Source: Candidatus Poribacteria bacterium
GTDB taxonomy: Bacteria; Poribacteria; WGA-4E; WGA-3G
Direction of reading: 5' to 3'
Length of the DNA stretch: 62,221 nt
Assembly: GCA_012271015.1 (NCBI GenBank)
Contig: JAAXHD010000427.1
Location: forward strand, 1 to 62,221
This document shows positions 9,455 through 18,221 of this stretch, piece after piece. Each line of letters begins with the position of its first letter. Within the stretch, counting starts at the first letter, position 1. The position numbers were made by a program, and so were the translations under genes. The notes beneath the pieces were generated by a model that saw only the letters and a list, made by a program, of their open reading frames with translations, was not told where the DNA came from and made no database searches.

Positions 9455-11506
9455 ATGAAAATGCCGGAGTTGACAACGGCAAAGACTCTCAAAGCTCACA
9501 AGTGTGCCACAAACGAACGGGTAAAACAGAAAAATTACACAATAGTATTGCTCATCGCACTATCGTTTACCTTAATCACAAGTTTACAAACTTCGGCAGT
9601 TGAAAACGCTCAGACCGTCCGGAAAGAACTCCTCGCCGTCAAAACAGATCAGCCTCCCACTATTGACGGTATTCTCGACGATGTTTGTTGGCAAGACGCG
9701 CCGCAAGCCATCGGTTTCACCGACGAACGCACCGAAAAACCCGCAAAGAATCAATCCATCGGTCGTCTCGTTTATACGGGCACAGCCATTTACGTTGGAC
9801 TTCACCTTTATGATGATATGCCTGACAAAATTGTGGCGCGCCAAACCAAAGACCAGGCGCGAATCCGCGGAGAGGACTGGGTCTCCTTCAGTCTTGACCC
9901 CTTTCATACGCACCAGTTTTCGGACAGAAATTTCTTCATTGTAAATCCGCTCGGCACAAAATACGCGCATCTCGCGACGGGACGCGCCGAGAAAAGTGAG
10001 TGGATTGGGCTATGGAAAACCGCAGCGCGGATTGTAGAAGATGGATGGATTGTAGAAATGGAAATCCCGTGGCAGATGCTGGATTACCCCGACACAACCA
10101 AACCAATTCGGATGGGTATCAACCTTGATAGAGAACAGCAACGGACTGGAGAGCGTTCGTGGTGGTGTAATTTAGGAGTGAATGAGTTTCGAGAGAACGA
10201 TGGACATTGGATTGATGTACTACCCCCGCCTCGGAAGCGTGAACTGAAACTGTTACCCTATCTGATAGGCGGTATCGGTGAAACAGGAACCGAAGAAAGA
10301 GAATATACTGCCCGCGCAGGTGCGGATATCCGCTATGAGGTTACCCCATAACTCCGCCTCATCGGCACAGCAAACCCTGATTTTGACAATATTGAACAGG
10401 CTGTAGAAGGTATCGACTTTTCCTACGGTGAACGTTACGTACCCGATCGCCGTCCGTTCTTTTCGGAAGGTGGTAATGTTTATCGCCTCGGTCGCCTGTT
10501 CCATTCGCGGCGGATAATGGATATGGATGGTGGGCTTAAACTTTTTGGGAAAATCGGGAAAAATACATCGGTAGGCACCTTAGGCACTTATCACCGGAAC
10601 AACCAGAACGTTATTCTTCAAGCCTCACAATCGCTCACGGTAACATCCAATATCAGCGCGGCACTCCTTTCGCATCATCACCGTGACACTGGGGCTAATA
10701 ATGTTGGTTATCTTTCTGGAGATGTACGCCACGGTAAATTTTCAGTGGGTTCTAACCTCACCCAAACTTGGGCAGACGAATCGGATGGGAGGAATGGGTT
10801 CATCAGTTTAGGTTACAACGGATCGCTCTTCCAACCCTACCTGTCCGCGTTTTTTGTAGATCCGGATTTCGTCAATAGACTCGGGTACCGTCCGTTTACC
10901 GGCTACCGCGGTATAGGTTTGGGTAGTTTTATCCGAAACGAATGGCGCGAAGGACTCTTTCGCAGAGCATCCGCTTCTATCCAAAGCCAGATCTCTAATA
11001 CTTACGAAGGTAAAGTCTTCCGGCGTGACTTCTATGTATCTTCTCTTGTTCTAATGCATAGTGACTACGCACTTGCGGCTGGCTGGAGGGGTGGGCAATT
11101 TGAAGAATTCAACGATAGTGTTTTCAGCGTTGGATTACGTGCGCGTGCTTCTGACAGGTTCAATAATGTTGGTGTTACCTACAATTGGGGTGAACAGGCG
11201 AGTGAACGAATTCATCGCATCAGCGGAAGTCTGAATCTCCACGCCTACGGTTTCACTGCAGGACTCTCCTCACAAATCCAGTGGCACTTTGAAACACGTT
11301 ATCAACAGATATTCACCCTCACTTATGACTTCAGTCCCGCCTTAAGCCTCGGGAGTCGTTTAATCTGGCAAGTAGAGGGCGTTAATATTTATTTTGCCTT
11401 GCGCCGCTCTGGCTATGCCGGCACCGACTTTTTCATCATCCTCGGCGACCCGAATGCTTCGGAATTCAAACAGCGTTTCGTTGCGAAGGTAATCCGCGCA
11501 TTTTAG
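9455..11506 (+). pseudogene. CBM9-like/DUF5916 outer-membrane-type protein interrupted by a single in-frame TAA (10349-10351)
   Basis: The two track ORFs (9455-10351 and 10517-11506) are in the same frame. The 165 nt between them translate without stops to LRLIGTANPDFDNIEQAVEGIDFSYGERYVPDRRPFFSEGGNVY, the conserved DUF5916 core. The N-terminus has the CBM9 pattern PPTIDGILDDVCWQDA. Confidence 0.75.
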
Positions 11507-11541
11507 ACCTCAAAATCCAACTTTTTCATTTTTCCCCATAA

Positions 11542-11568
11542 TGCACGTTTTCTGATTGAGTTTTCGTC
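11542..11568 (+). promoter_or_regulatory. TGCACG-N17-CGTC motif (candidate ECF-type promoter) with no protein gene downstream
   Basis: TGCACG 11542-11547, a 17-nt spacer, CGTC 11565-11568. About 75 bp is alignable with the sigma-gene upstream regions. Confidence 0.35.
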
Positions 11569-11589
11569 TTTAATAATAGAGAGCGTGAA

Positions 11590-11775
11590 CAACAAACGAA
11601 CCCTCTGTACGTTTGTATATTCTGAAGATTTTAAATAAATAGGACTTACGCAAAATCACAGAATTACGCCTATGCCTACGCGGTAGGTGCGGTTCGAAAC
11701 CGCACTCTACCAGGGGAAGTACGTAAGTCCTAACTAAAATACAAGAAAGGGGCTGCTCCGTGATAGCCCTTTTGG
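11590..11775 (+). ncRNA. candidate small RNA (promoter-like motif, nested hairpins, terminator-like stem + T-run)
   Basis: 10-bp inverted repeats aggacttacg/cgtaagtcct (11641-11650, 11722-11731) enclose the hairpin GTAG-GTGCGG-ttcgaaa-CCGCAC. The stem gggct/agccc at 11750-11769 is followed by TTTT. No credible ORF. Confidence 0.25.
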
Positions 11776-12155
11776 ACTATTTTCGGATTATGCACCCTTT
11801 CTGTCTCAAAATCGTATCTTTGATTATAAAAGGGTAAAGTCATGATGAAAAAATGCAACTGTTTTGGAACTCGTTTGTAGTAACGACAACTGACAAATGT
11901 TTTACTATCTTTTTTGCCTGAACGAACTCTATATAGGCAGAAGGAGGAGAAAAGCAAAGACTGAGAGGTTCGGAGAAGGCATCTTCTATCTCTCGATTCC
12001 TTCAAATTGAGTTCATTTGGTTTCAACACCTTTTTTGAAAATAATGCAACCTTTTGACATCTAAGATGCGTCACCTAAATCAACGGATATAAAATTTTAG
12101 CAAAATTGCCACTTGCAAACTTAAATGCAAGTCTTAGTCTAATAAGGAGAAAAAA

Positions 12156-12341
12156 ATGCGCTTCCTAATGATTAATCTGCTCCTTGTCTGTTTGTTACTC
12201 TTCGGCATTGGTTACCTCGCTTTCGGTTGTGATGAGACTGTCGTGCCTACTGAACAGCGCGATCCTCATACAGAGGAGACCTTGGGGCGTCTTTTGGAAC
12301 ATTCCATAAACTCCTCAAAACGGACGCAGACTTGGATTTGA
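12156..12341 (+). CDS. small membrane-anchored or secreted protein (61 aa)
   Basis: AAGGAG sits 7 nt upstream of the ATG. Hydrophobic N-terminus with a lipobox-like LAFGC. Confidence 0.45.
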   Translation: MRFLMINLLLVCLLLFGIGYLAFGCDETVVPTEQRDPHTEETLGRLLEHSINSSKRTQTWI

Positions 12342-12464
12342 GTTAAAAAGACGGTTTTTTGATAGAGTTTGGGTTAAGTCAATTCATCCTTAAATTGAAG
12401 GTTTGAGTCGTATTAAAAAACAATTAACAGTGACAAAATTCAAAAATAAAAAAAGGAGAAAAAA

Positions 12465-12806
12465 ATGACAACGCAAATTCGCCAGCAAAATGGTATCTCG
12501 ATTTTGAAACCCACTGGAAAGGTGGGCGGACGTTCTGTATCAGACTTACGGAAAGTTATTTTGCCACAAATAGAGGCTTCTGATACCCCACGGATCCTCA
12601 TCAATTTCGAGCAGGTCAATCGGATCGATAGTTCAGGTCTTGGCACCTTGATGGAGGCATACGCTGCTGCGTCACGAAAACAGGGACGCGTAGGTGTCAT
12701 CAATGTCGGGAAACATATCAGAAATCTCATTGTTTTGAGTCGTGTAGTTAATCTGTTTGAACATTTCGACAGTGAGGACGCGGCTGTTGCGGGATTGTCG
12801 GCTTAG
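12465..12806 (+). CDS. STAS-domain anti-sigma-factor antagonist (SpoIIAA/RsbV-like)
   Basis: Motif NFEQVNRIDSSGLGTLMEAY with the conserved phosphorylatable Ser context. AAGGAG SD. Confidence 0.85.
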   Translation: MTTQIRQQNGISILKPTGKVGGRSVSDLRKVILPQIEASDTPRILINFEQVNRIDSSGLGTLMEAYAAASRKQGRVGVINVGKHIRNLIVLSRVVNLFEHFDSEDAAVAGLSA

Positions 12807-12833
12807 CTTTTGAAGTCCAGTAGAATATCCACA

Positions 12834-12864
12834 GGGAACTGGTTTTTTACCGGTTCCCTTTTTT
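12834..12864 (+). terminator. rho-independent terminator after the STAS gene
   Basis: gggaactggt, a ttttt loop, accggttccc, then TTTTTT. Confidence 0.7.
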
Positions 12865-12926
12865 ATTGCCTGACACTCACAAAACAAATTCTAAAAAATT
12901 CAGGCTTTCATTTTTTTTTCCCAGAA

Positions 12927-12953
12927 TGCAAGTTTTCTACCTAAAATTTCGTC
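12927..12953 (+). promoter_or_regulatory. TGCAAG-N17-CGTC motif (candidate autoregulated ECF-type promoter)
   Basis: TGCAAG 12927-12932, a 17-nt spacer, CGTC 12950-12953. Lies between the STAS terminator and the sigma gene. Confidence 0.4.
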
Positions 12954-13071
12954 TTTAATGTAAAGAGGGTGTAAACTCTACCATATTGCTTAATTGCACA
13001 AAATTTGGCGTTTGATTAAACTCTTTGGCGAAGTCATACAGGACCCGATCTATTTATTCGGAGGAAATTTC

Positions 13072-14757
13072 GTGGAAAAAGAAGACGATGTTCAACTGAT
13101 TCGCAAAATTTTATCGGGTGACGACGCAGCGTTTGGCATTTTGGTCGAAAGGTACCAAAAGAGCGTTCATACCCTTGTATGGGGGAAGATCCAAGATTTT
13201 CACTATGCGGAAGAGATTATGCAAGACACCTTCCTTAGGGCATACAAAAAACTTCCGACGCTCAAGAATCCCGATCAATTTGCGGGGTGGCTTCATGTTA
13301 TTGCAAATCGGCTTTGCATTGATTGGATGCGAAGCCAAAAGTCTGTGATGCAATCCTTGGAGGATACACCTATTGAAGAAGTCGAGAAATCTTCTTATGT
13401 ACATCATATCTCGGAACAACGGATGACAGAGAGAACCGAACATTACCGTGAACTTGTGAAAAGACTTTTGGAAAAACTGCCGGAGAGTGAACGTACAGTT
13501 GTAACACTCTTTTACCTCGACGAAATGTCAACCAAAGAGATCGGCAAATTCATAGGCGTGTCGGTGAATACAATTGCGAGTCGACTCCACCGGGCGCGAA
13601 AGCGTCTGCAAACAGATCCAGAATTCTTTGGTCATTTAGAATTATCAGATAATCTGAAGGAGAACATCATGAAACAATTGGAAGAAATTCGTAGCAAGTT
13701 CAATTCATTCATGGAAAATGTGAAATCTGATCCTGCATCAAGAGCGGATATTCTTACAGAAGCCTGCAATGAAATTGAAGATGCGCTTAAGGGTAAAATC
13801 ACACCTGAGTTGGTACATCTTGCAGTTGATGAGATGTACCCGCGTATGGGTAGTCTCGGCATGGAAAAACGGGTACCTCTACTCCGTAAGTATATGGATG
13901 ACGCGCCGGATGATACAGAACGTTACTGGTCGCACAAGTCGTTAGTGCATAGCCTTGGATTTCTTAGGAGAAACCGAGAAGCTATTGAGGAACAGACGCG
14001 CCTTTACCGTTGGGCATGCAAGCACTCAGAAAAATATGTGTTGCGGATTATTTCCAATCTGGGCATGTCTGGATGTTGGGCGGCGGAAGGTCGTATTGAT
14101 GACTGGATTCAACTTTATAATGAGGCATCTAAACGTTTGGAGAACCCTGAAGTGAGTCAGTACAGTCGTTGCGATTTTCTGCAATTCGGAGCAGATATCT
14201 TAATAAAAAACGATAGGTTAGATGCGGCACTCCTCGAAATAGAAAAATTGGAACGTGCCAATGGTGAACCCGGGTGGCGGAGTTATTTTAGATTCTGGTT
14301 GGCTGTAAAGGAAAATCGACTTCGAGTGTATAGCAAACAGGAAGATTGGGATCGTTTCGATCACGCCTGGACGGATGCAAGGACATTTATTGAAGGGGAG
14401 GTAGAAAAACGGAATGCTCGTTATCCCGTAAATATCTACGAGCTTGTTTGTGCTGCCCACAATATCGGTTGTTGTCTGGTATGGGCGAAGAGGTATAACG
14501 AGGGGAGACGTTTGCTACAACTCGCCATCGATTTGGGAAATTACAACGATTATAATCACTTCATGCTTGCTGTGAGCATCTGGGCATCTGAGAGAGATCG
14601 AGAGAAAACTTTACACCATTTGAAAGTCGCTCAGGACGAATATGTGGTTACTTCCTACAACTATCTGGATGGCTACTACTCGTCTTTTCTTGAAACCCCT
14701 GAATTTTCGGACGTAAAGGACGATCCAGAGTTTTTGGAGGTTCTTGGGCAGGAGTAG
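13072..14757 (+). CDS. ECF sigma factor with ~380-aa soluble helical C-terminal extension, copy 1
   Basis: Region 2 (FAGWLHVIANRLCIDWMR) and region 4 (RTVVTLFYLDEMSTKEIGKFIGVSVNTIASRLHRARKRL) are followed by a long extension with no TM segment. GTG 13072 is preceded by GGAGG and aligns with the start of paralog 18222; the track start 12994 is an upstream TTG. Confidence 0.85.
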   Translation: MEKEDDVQLIRKILSGDDAAFGILVERYQKSVHTLVWGKIQDFHYAEEIMQDTFLRAYKKLPTLKNPDQFAGWLHVIANRLCIDWMRSQKSVMQSLEDTPIEEVEKSSYVHHISEQRMTERTEHYRELVKRLLEKLPESERTVVTLFYLDEMSTKEIGKFIGVSVNTIASRLHRARKRLQTDPEFFGHLELSDNLKENIMKQLEEIRSKFNSFMENVKSDPASRADILTEACNEIEDALKGKITPELVHLAVDEMYPRMGSLGMEKRVPLLRKYMDDAPDDTERYWSHKSLVHSLGFLRRNREAIEEQTRLYRWACKHSEKYVLRIISNLGMSGCWAAEGRIDDWIQLYNEASKRLENPEVSQYSRCDFLQFGADILIKNDRLDAALLEIEKLERANGEPGWRSYFRFWLAVKENRLRVYSKQEDWDRFDHAWTDARTFIEGEVEKRNARYPVNIYELVCAAHNIGCCLVWAKRYNEGRRLLQLAIDLGNYNDYNHFMLAVSIWASERDREKTLHHLKVAQDEYVVTSYNYLDGYYSSFLETPEFSDVKDDPEFLEVLGQE

Positions 14758-14794
14758 GATAATGCTGTATCCAGTTCGATTTTAAGGGGAAACC

Positions 14795-16318
14795 ATGTTA
14801 ACAACGCTCATCCGCCGAGAACTCCTTGACAACCTGATGACCTTCCGCTTCGCTGTAGCCGTCCTCATTATGTTGCTGCTTGTGGTCGCCAATACTGCTG
14901 TGCTTATCAAGGATTATGAGCGACGGTTAGAAGCTTATAACACTGCTCTCAAAACCGAGGATCGGCGATCGCAGGAATTGAAAACCTATTCGGGCGGAAG
15001 ATTGAACGTTGCCCGTCCACCAAATCCGTTGAGTATTTTCAATGTCGGGTTGGATAAACGGCTGGGCAACGAGATTTGGATATCTCACAGTTTTGTACCG
15101 ACGCTGTGGGATACTGGCACGTATAAATTGACGAATCCACTTCTTAACCTCTTCACTTCGATTGATATTGTTTTCATGTTTGAAGTCGTTCTGAGTCTAA
15201 TCGCACTTATTTTCGCCTACGATGCCATTACGGGAGAACGCGAGCGCGGCACATTGCGTTTGGTCGTAACACATCCGGTGCGTCGCGGTCAAATCCTGCT
15301 GGCGAAATACATCAGCGCGATGCTCTGCTTGCTTGTTCCGTTGCTGATGAGTCTGCTCCTCGCGATAATTTTGCTGACAACATCCACCGTTATTTCTCTG
15401 AGTACTGGTGATTTTCTCCGTATCGGTGGGATTATCTTGAGTTCAATTGTCTATCTGTCGGTATTCTCCCTCATCGGCATGCTAATTTCGACGGTAACCC
15501 GCAGAACCGGTACCGCGTTGATGCTTGCTATGTTTGTCTGGGGATTTTGGGTGTTGGTGTATCCAAACGCGGTTCTTGCCGCGATTGCACCTCCGCAGAC
15601 TTCTCAACCGCGTATGGTATCCGCTTACGAGGAGATTAAACAGATATGGGAGGCATTCGACAGAGAGCGAAAGCAGTTCCTTGCGAATGATACCTTTCCA
15701 GGAGAAGATCCGGATTTTGGTATGGTAGACGCAGATCCGAATTGGATATGGGGATCAAGTTACGAATACTTTCATAAAGATTCATCAACACTTAGGTATG
15801 ATTACCACGCTGTTTCATACATTGACAAACTGAGTGAAGCCTCTAAACCTCAGGTACCGCACGCGCAGGATTATTACCGCTTCCTCGGACCGCAGATCGT
15901 CAACGCCGCAGAACGCACCTGGCTTGTCCGAAAACAGGCACTCGAAGCCATCTTTGTTCAACCCGCGATTGTCGATCGCATCCTTTTGAGAGGCTCGCCG
16001 GTCGGGATGTACGACGCGGCAACGCAAGCGTGGGTAGGGACAGACCTGCGCGGGCTCAGAGATTTTTTTGAAGCGGCGCGAAGGTATCGACGCGCCTTAA
16101 TTGATTATTACTACGATAAGAACGCGTTCGGGGCTCAGCAATGGTTTTCTGCTGACAACGGTGCGGTAGATTGGGATAGTTTGCCGCAGTTTTCTTTTCA
16201 GAGAAGCGATGTCGCAATAAATGCAGCACGTGCTTTTCCAGATATTTGTCTACTGTTGATAATCAACCTCGTCCTATTCATCGGGATATTTCTGGTTTTC
16301 CAAAGAAGTGAAGTGTAG
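14795..16318 (+). CDS. ABC-2-type permease-like membrane protein, paralog A2
   Basis: Collinear with 2364-3923 (MLTTLIRRELLDNLMTFRF vs MFLTLIRQEFLIHLMSARF; AYDAITGERERGTLRLVVTHPVRRGQILLAKY). Ends RSEV. Confidence 0.75.
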   Translation: MLTTLIRRELLDNLMTFRFAVAVLIMLLLVVANTAVLIKDYERRLEAYNTALKTEDRRSQELKTYSGGRLNVARPPNPLSIFNVGLDKRLGNEIWISHSFVPTLWDTGTYKLTNPLLNLFTSIDIVFMFEVVLSLIALIFAYDAITGERERGTLRLVVTHPVRRGQILLAKYISAMLCLLVPLLMSLLLAIILLTTSTVISLSTGDFLRIGGIILSSIVYLSVFSLIGMLISTVTRRTGTALMLAMFVWGFWVLVYPNAVLAAIAPPQTSQPRMVSAYEEIKQIWEAFDRERKQFLANDTFPGEDPDFGMVDADPNWIWGSSYEYFHKDSSTLRYDYHAVSYIDKLSEASKPQVPHAQDYYRFLGPQIVNAAERTWLVRKQALEAIFVQPAIVDRILLRGSPVGMYDAATQAWVGTDLRGLRDFFEAARRYRRALIDYYYDKNAFGAQQWFSADNGAVDWDSLPQFSFQRSDVAINAARAFPDICLLLIINLVLFIGIFLVFQRSEV

Positions 16319-16532
16319 AATAGTCGTCAGTTATCAGTTGTCAGTTAAGAGGTGTTTTGTGGAGACAACAGCAACTGCCGCTGCCACGAAGCATTGGCTG
16401 ATGACTGAAGGGATTACGCAGTAATCCGTTGCCACGAAGCATTGGCTGATGACTGAAGGGATTACGCAGTAATCCGTACCAAGAACTGAAAACTATTAAA
16501 ACTGACAACCGACAACCAACAACTGATAACCA
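16319..16532. repeat. intercistronic heptamer-array element containing a 48-bp tandem duplication
   Basis: Left arm gtcagttatcagttgtcagtt (16326-16346) and complementary right arm actgacaaccgacaaccaacaactgataacc (16501-16531). The core holds two 48-bp-period units at 16383-16477. Confidence 0.85.
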
Positions 16533-17936
16533 ATGTGGCATATTGCGAAACGAGAAATTTACGACAATCTGAATAGCCTTCGGTTTGCGCTGACAACAGT
16601 ATTGCTTCTCGGCTTGATGCTGATCAATGCGATTGTGCATCTCCAGGAGCATCCTGTGCGGATGCAGAAATATCACGATGCCGCGACAGAATCGTTGAAT
16701 CGCTTAAAATCTCGAACACATTTGTATCAGATTGCACAAGAGGGTCCCGGCTATCTTTACAAAAAGCCGTCGTCTCTCCATTTCTGTGCAGATGGCGGTG
16801 AGGACTTTTTGGCTGACAATGTCTACGGCGGATTTTACGCTTGGGCCACCGATGACTTAGCAGGCTTCTGGCAGTTAGATTATATGCCTGCGACTCTCAA
16901 TCGACAAAATATTCGTCCGGACACTATCAAAATAGATTGGGGGTTTGTGATCGGGTACGTCTTGAGTCTCATCGCGATTCTGTTCACCTTTGATTCGATT
17001 TCTGGCGAACGCGAGCATGGCACACTACGTTTGACATTGGCAAACTCTGTCCCGCGTCATACCGTGTTGATAGGGAAATTTTTAGGCGCGTTGGTAAGTA
17101 TTAGCGTCCCGTTTGTGCTCGCGATTTTGATGAACCTGTTGGTAATTTCCACTGCCAGCGAGGTCCAACTTGGTACCGATGCGTGGAGCCGCTTAGGCAT
17201 TATCCTTTTCATTGCGATGCTGTACCTGTGCCTGTTTCTTGCGTTAGGTTTGTTGGTGTCGTCGCGTGTGCGGCAAAGTGCCGCAAGCCTTGTGATCCTT
17301 CTATTGATGTGGGTCACTTTCGTGGTTTTCATGCCGAGTACACTTGCCTCTATTGCCAGCGGATTTTCACCATCGATGACTTATGATGAATTCAACGAAC
17401 GCGCGATACAACTTGTAAGTGAACTTAAGGGTGAATACGACGCTCGTTTGCAAGACATGGATGAGCATCCAGCGCAAAAAATGGCGTTCGCGGGTGAATA
17501 TGTTATCAAAGATGTGACGGAGCGGGAACGTTTGATCCACGAATACTTAACGCAGCAACATGCCCAAATTCAACTGGCGCGTTCTGTCACCCGCGTTTCA
17601 CCGGTTGTGCTTGTTCGGCACCTTCTTGAGGTTTTTGCTGGCACTGGGTTTGAACGGCACCAACAATTTGTGGAGAACGTGCAGCGTTACGCCCGTGAAT
17701 ACCGCGAATTTGTCACGGATATGGATAGAGCAGATCCCGAGAGTCCCCATATCATTGGGACTTATGAGGGTATGTCAAAAAAGCCCATCCGCCCAGAATC
17801 AATACCGACGTTTGAAGACACGCTCAGCCTCGGTCGCGATTTCAACGCTGCAGCAATAGATCTGCTGTTGCTAACGCTGTTTTTCGTTGTTTTTCTTTCC
17901 GGGGCGTTCCTTGCCTTTGTAGGCGTTGAAGTTTAG
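16533..17936 (+). CDS. ABC-2-type permease-like membrane protein, paralog B2
   Basis: Collinear with 4096-5547 (FDSISGEREHGTLRLTLANSVPRHTVLIGKF). Ends GVEV. Confidence 0.75.
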   Translation: MWHIAKREIYDNLNSLRFALTTVLLLGLMLINAIVHLQEHPVRMQKYHDAATESLNRLKSRTHLYQIAQEGPGYLYKKPSSLHFCADGGEDFLADNVYGGFYAWATDDLAGFWQLDYMPATLNRQNIRPDTIKIDWGFVIGYVLSLIAILFTFDSISGEREHGTLRLTLANSVPRHTVLIGKFLGALVSISVPFVLAILMNLLVISTASEVQLGTDAWSRLGIILFIAMLYLCLFLALGLLVSSRVRQSAASLVILLLMWVTFVVFMPSTLASIASGFSPSMTYDEFNERAIQLVSELKGEYDARLQDMDEHPAQKMAFAGEYVIKDVTERERLIHEYLTQQHAQIQLARSVTRVSPVVLVRHLLEVFAGTGFERHQQFVENVQRYAREYREFVTDMDRADPESPHIIGTYEGMSKKPIRPESIPTFEDTLSLGRDFNAAAIDLLLLTLFFVVFLSGAFLAFVGVEV

Positions 17937-18077
17937 CGCGTAGTTTTCAAGTTCCCATCTTGCAAAGAGCCAAGTGTTCCTTTTTTCAAACACTGTACGA
18001 GCAAAAAACATTTGTGCTGCCCCTTTCGCTGTTCCATCCGTAAAAAATTCAGATTTCTTTCATTTTTTTCAACAAGA

Positions 18078-18104
18078 TGCACGTTTTTTGATTGAACTTT
18101 CGTC
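18078..18104 (+). promoter_or_regulatory. TGCACG-N17-CGTC motif (candidate autoregulated ECF-type promoter)
   Basis: TGCACG 18078-18083, a 17-nt spacer, CGTC 18101-18104. Confidence 0.4.
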
Positions 18105-18221
18105 CTTAATAATAGAAGGTGTGAATCGGACTGTATTGCTTAATTTTACAAAGTTTGGCATTTGATTAAATCTTTTGGTAAAGGCATATATGATCTAATC
18201 TGTTCGTGAGGAGGAAGTCTC

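Noticed and set aside
11683-11712. tRNA-like T-arm (TGCGG-TTCGAAA-CCGCA) suggesting a tRNA gene or att-site remnant
   Set aside because: No acceptor, D or anticodon arms can be built around it. It fits the GTAG-headed REP-like hairpin family instead.
11730-12074. 114-aa minus-strand ORF in the 11.5-12.1 kb gap
   Set aside because: It has a low-complexity, AT-rich, Lys/Phe/Ser-rich translation with no SD and no motif. The region looks non-coding.
16383-16477. Possible CRISPR array
   Set aside because: There are only two directly abutting 48-bp units with no spacers, and no cas genes in the window.
16341-16676. 111-aa minus-strand ORF with internally duplicated NPFSHQPMLRG peptide
   Set aside because: It is a translation of the 48-bp tandem repeat and heptamer arrays in the A2-B2 spacer. 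It also overlaps the start of the permease B2 gene and has no SD.
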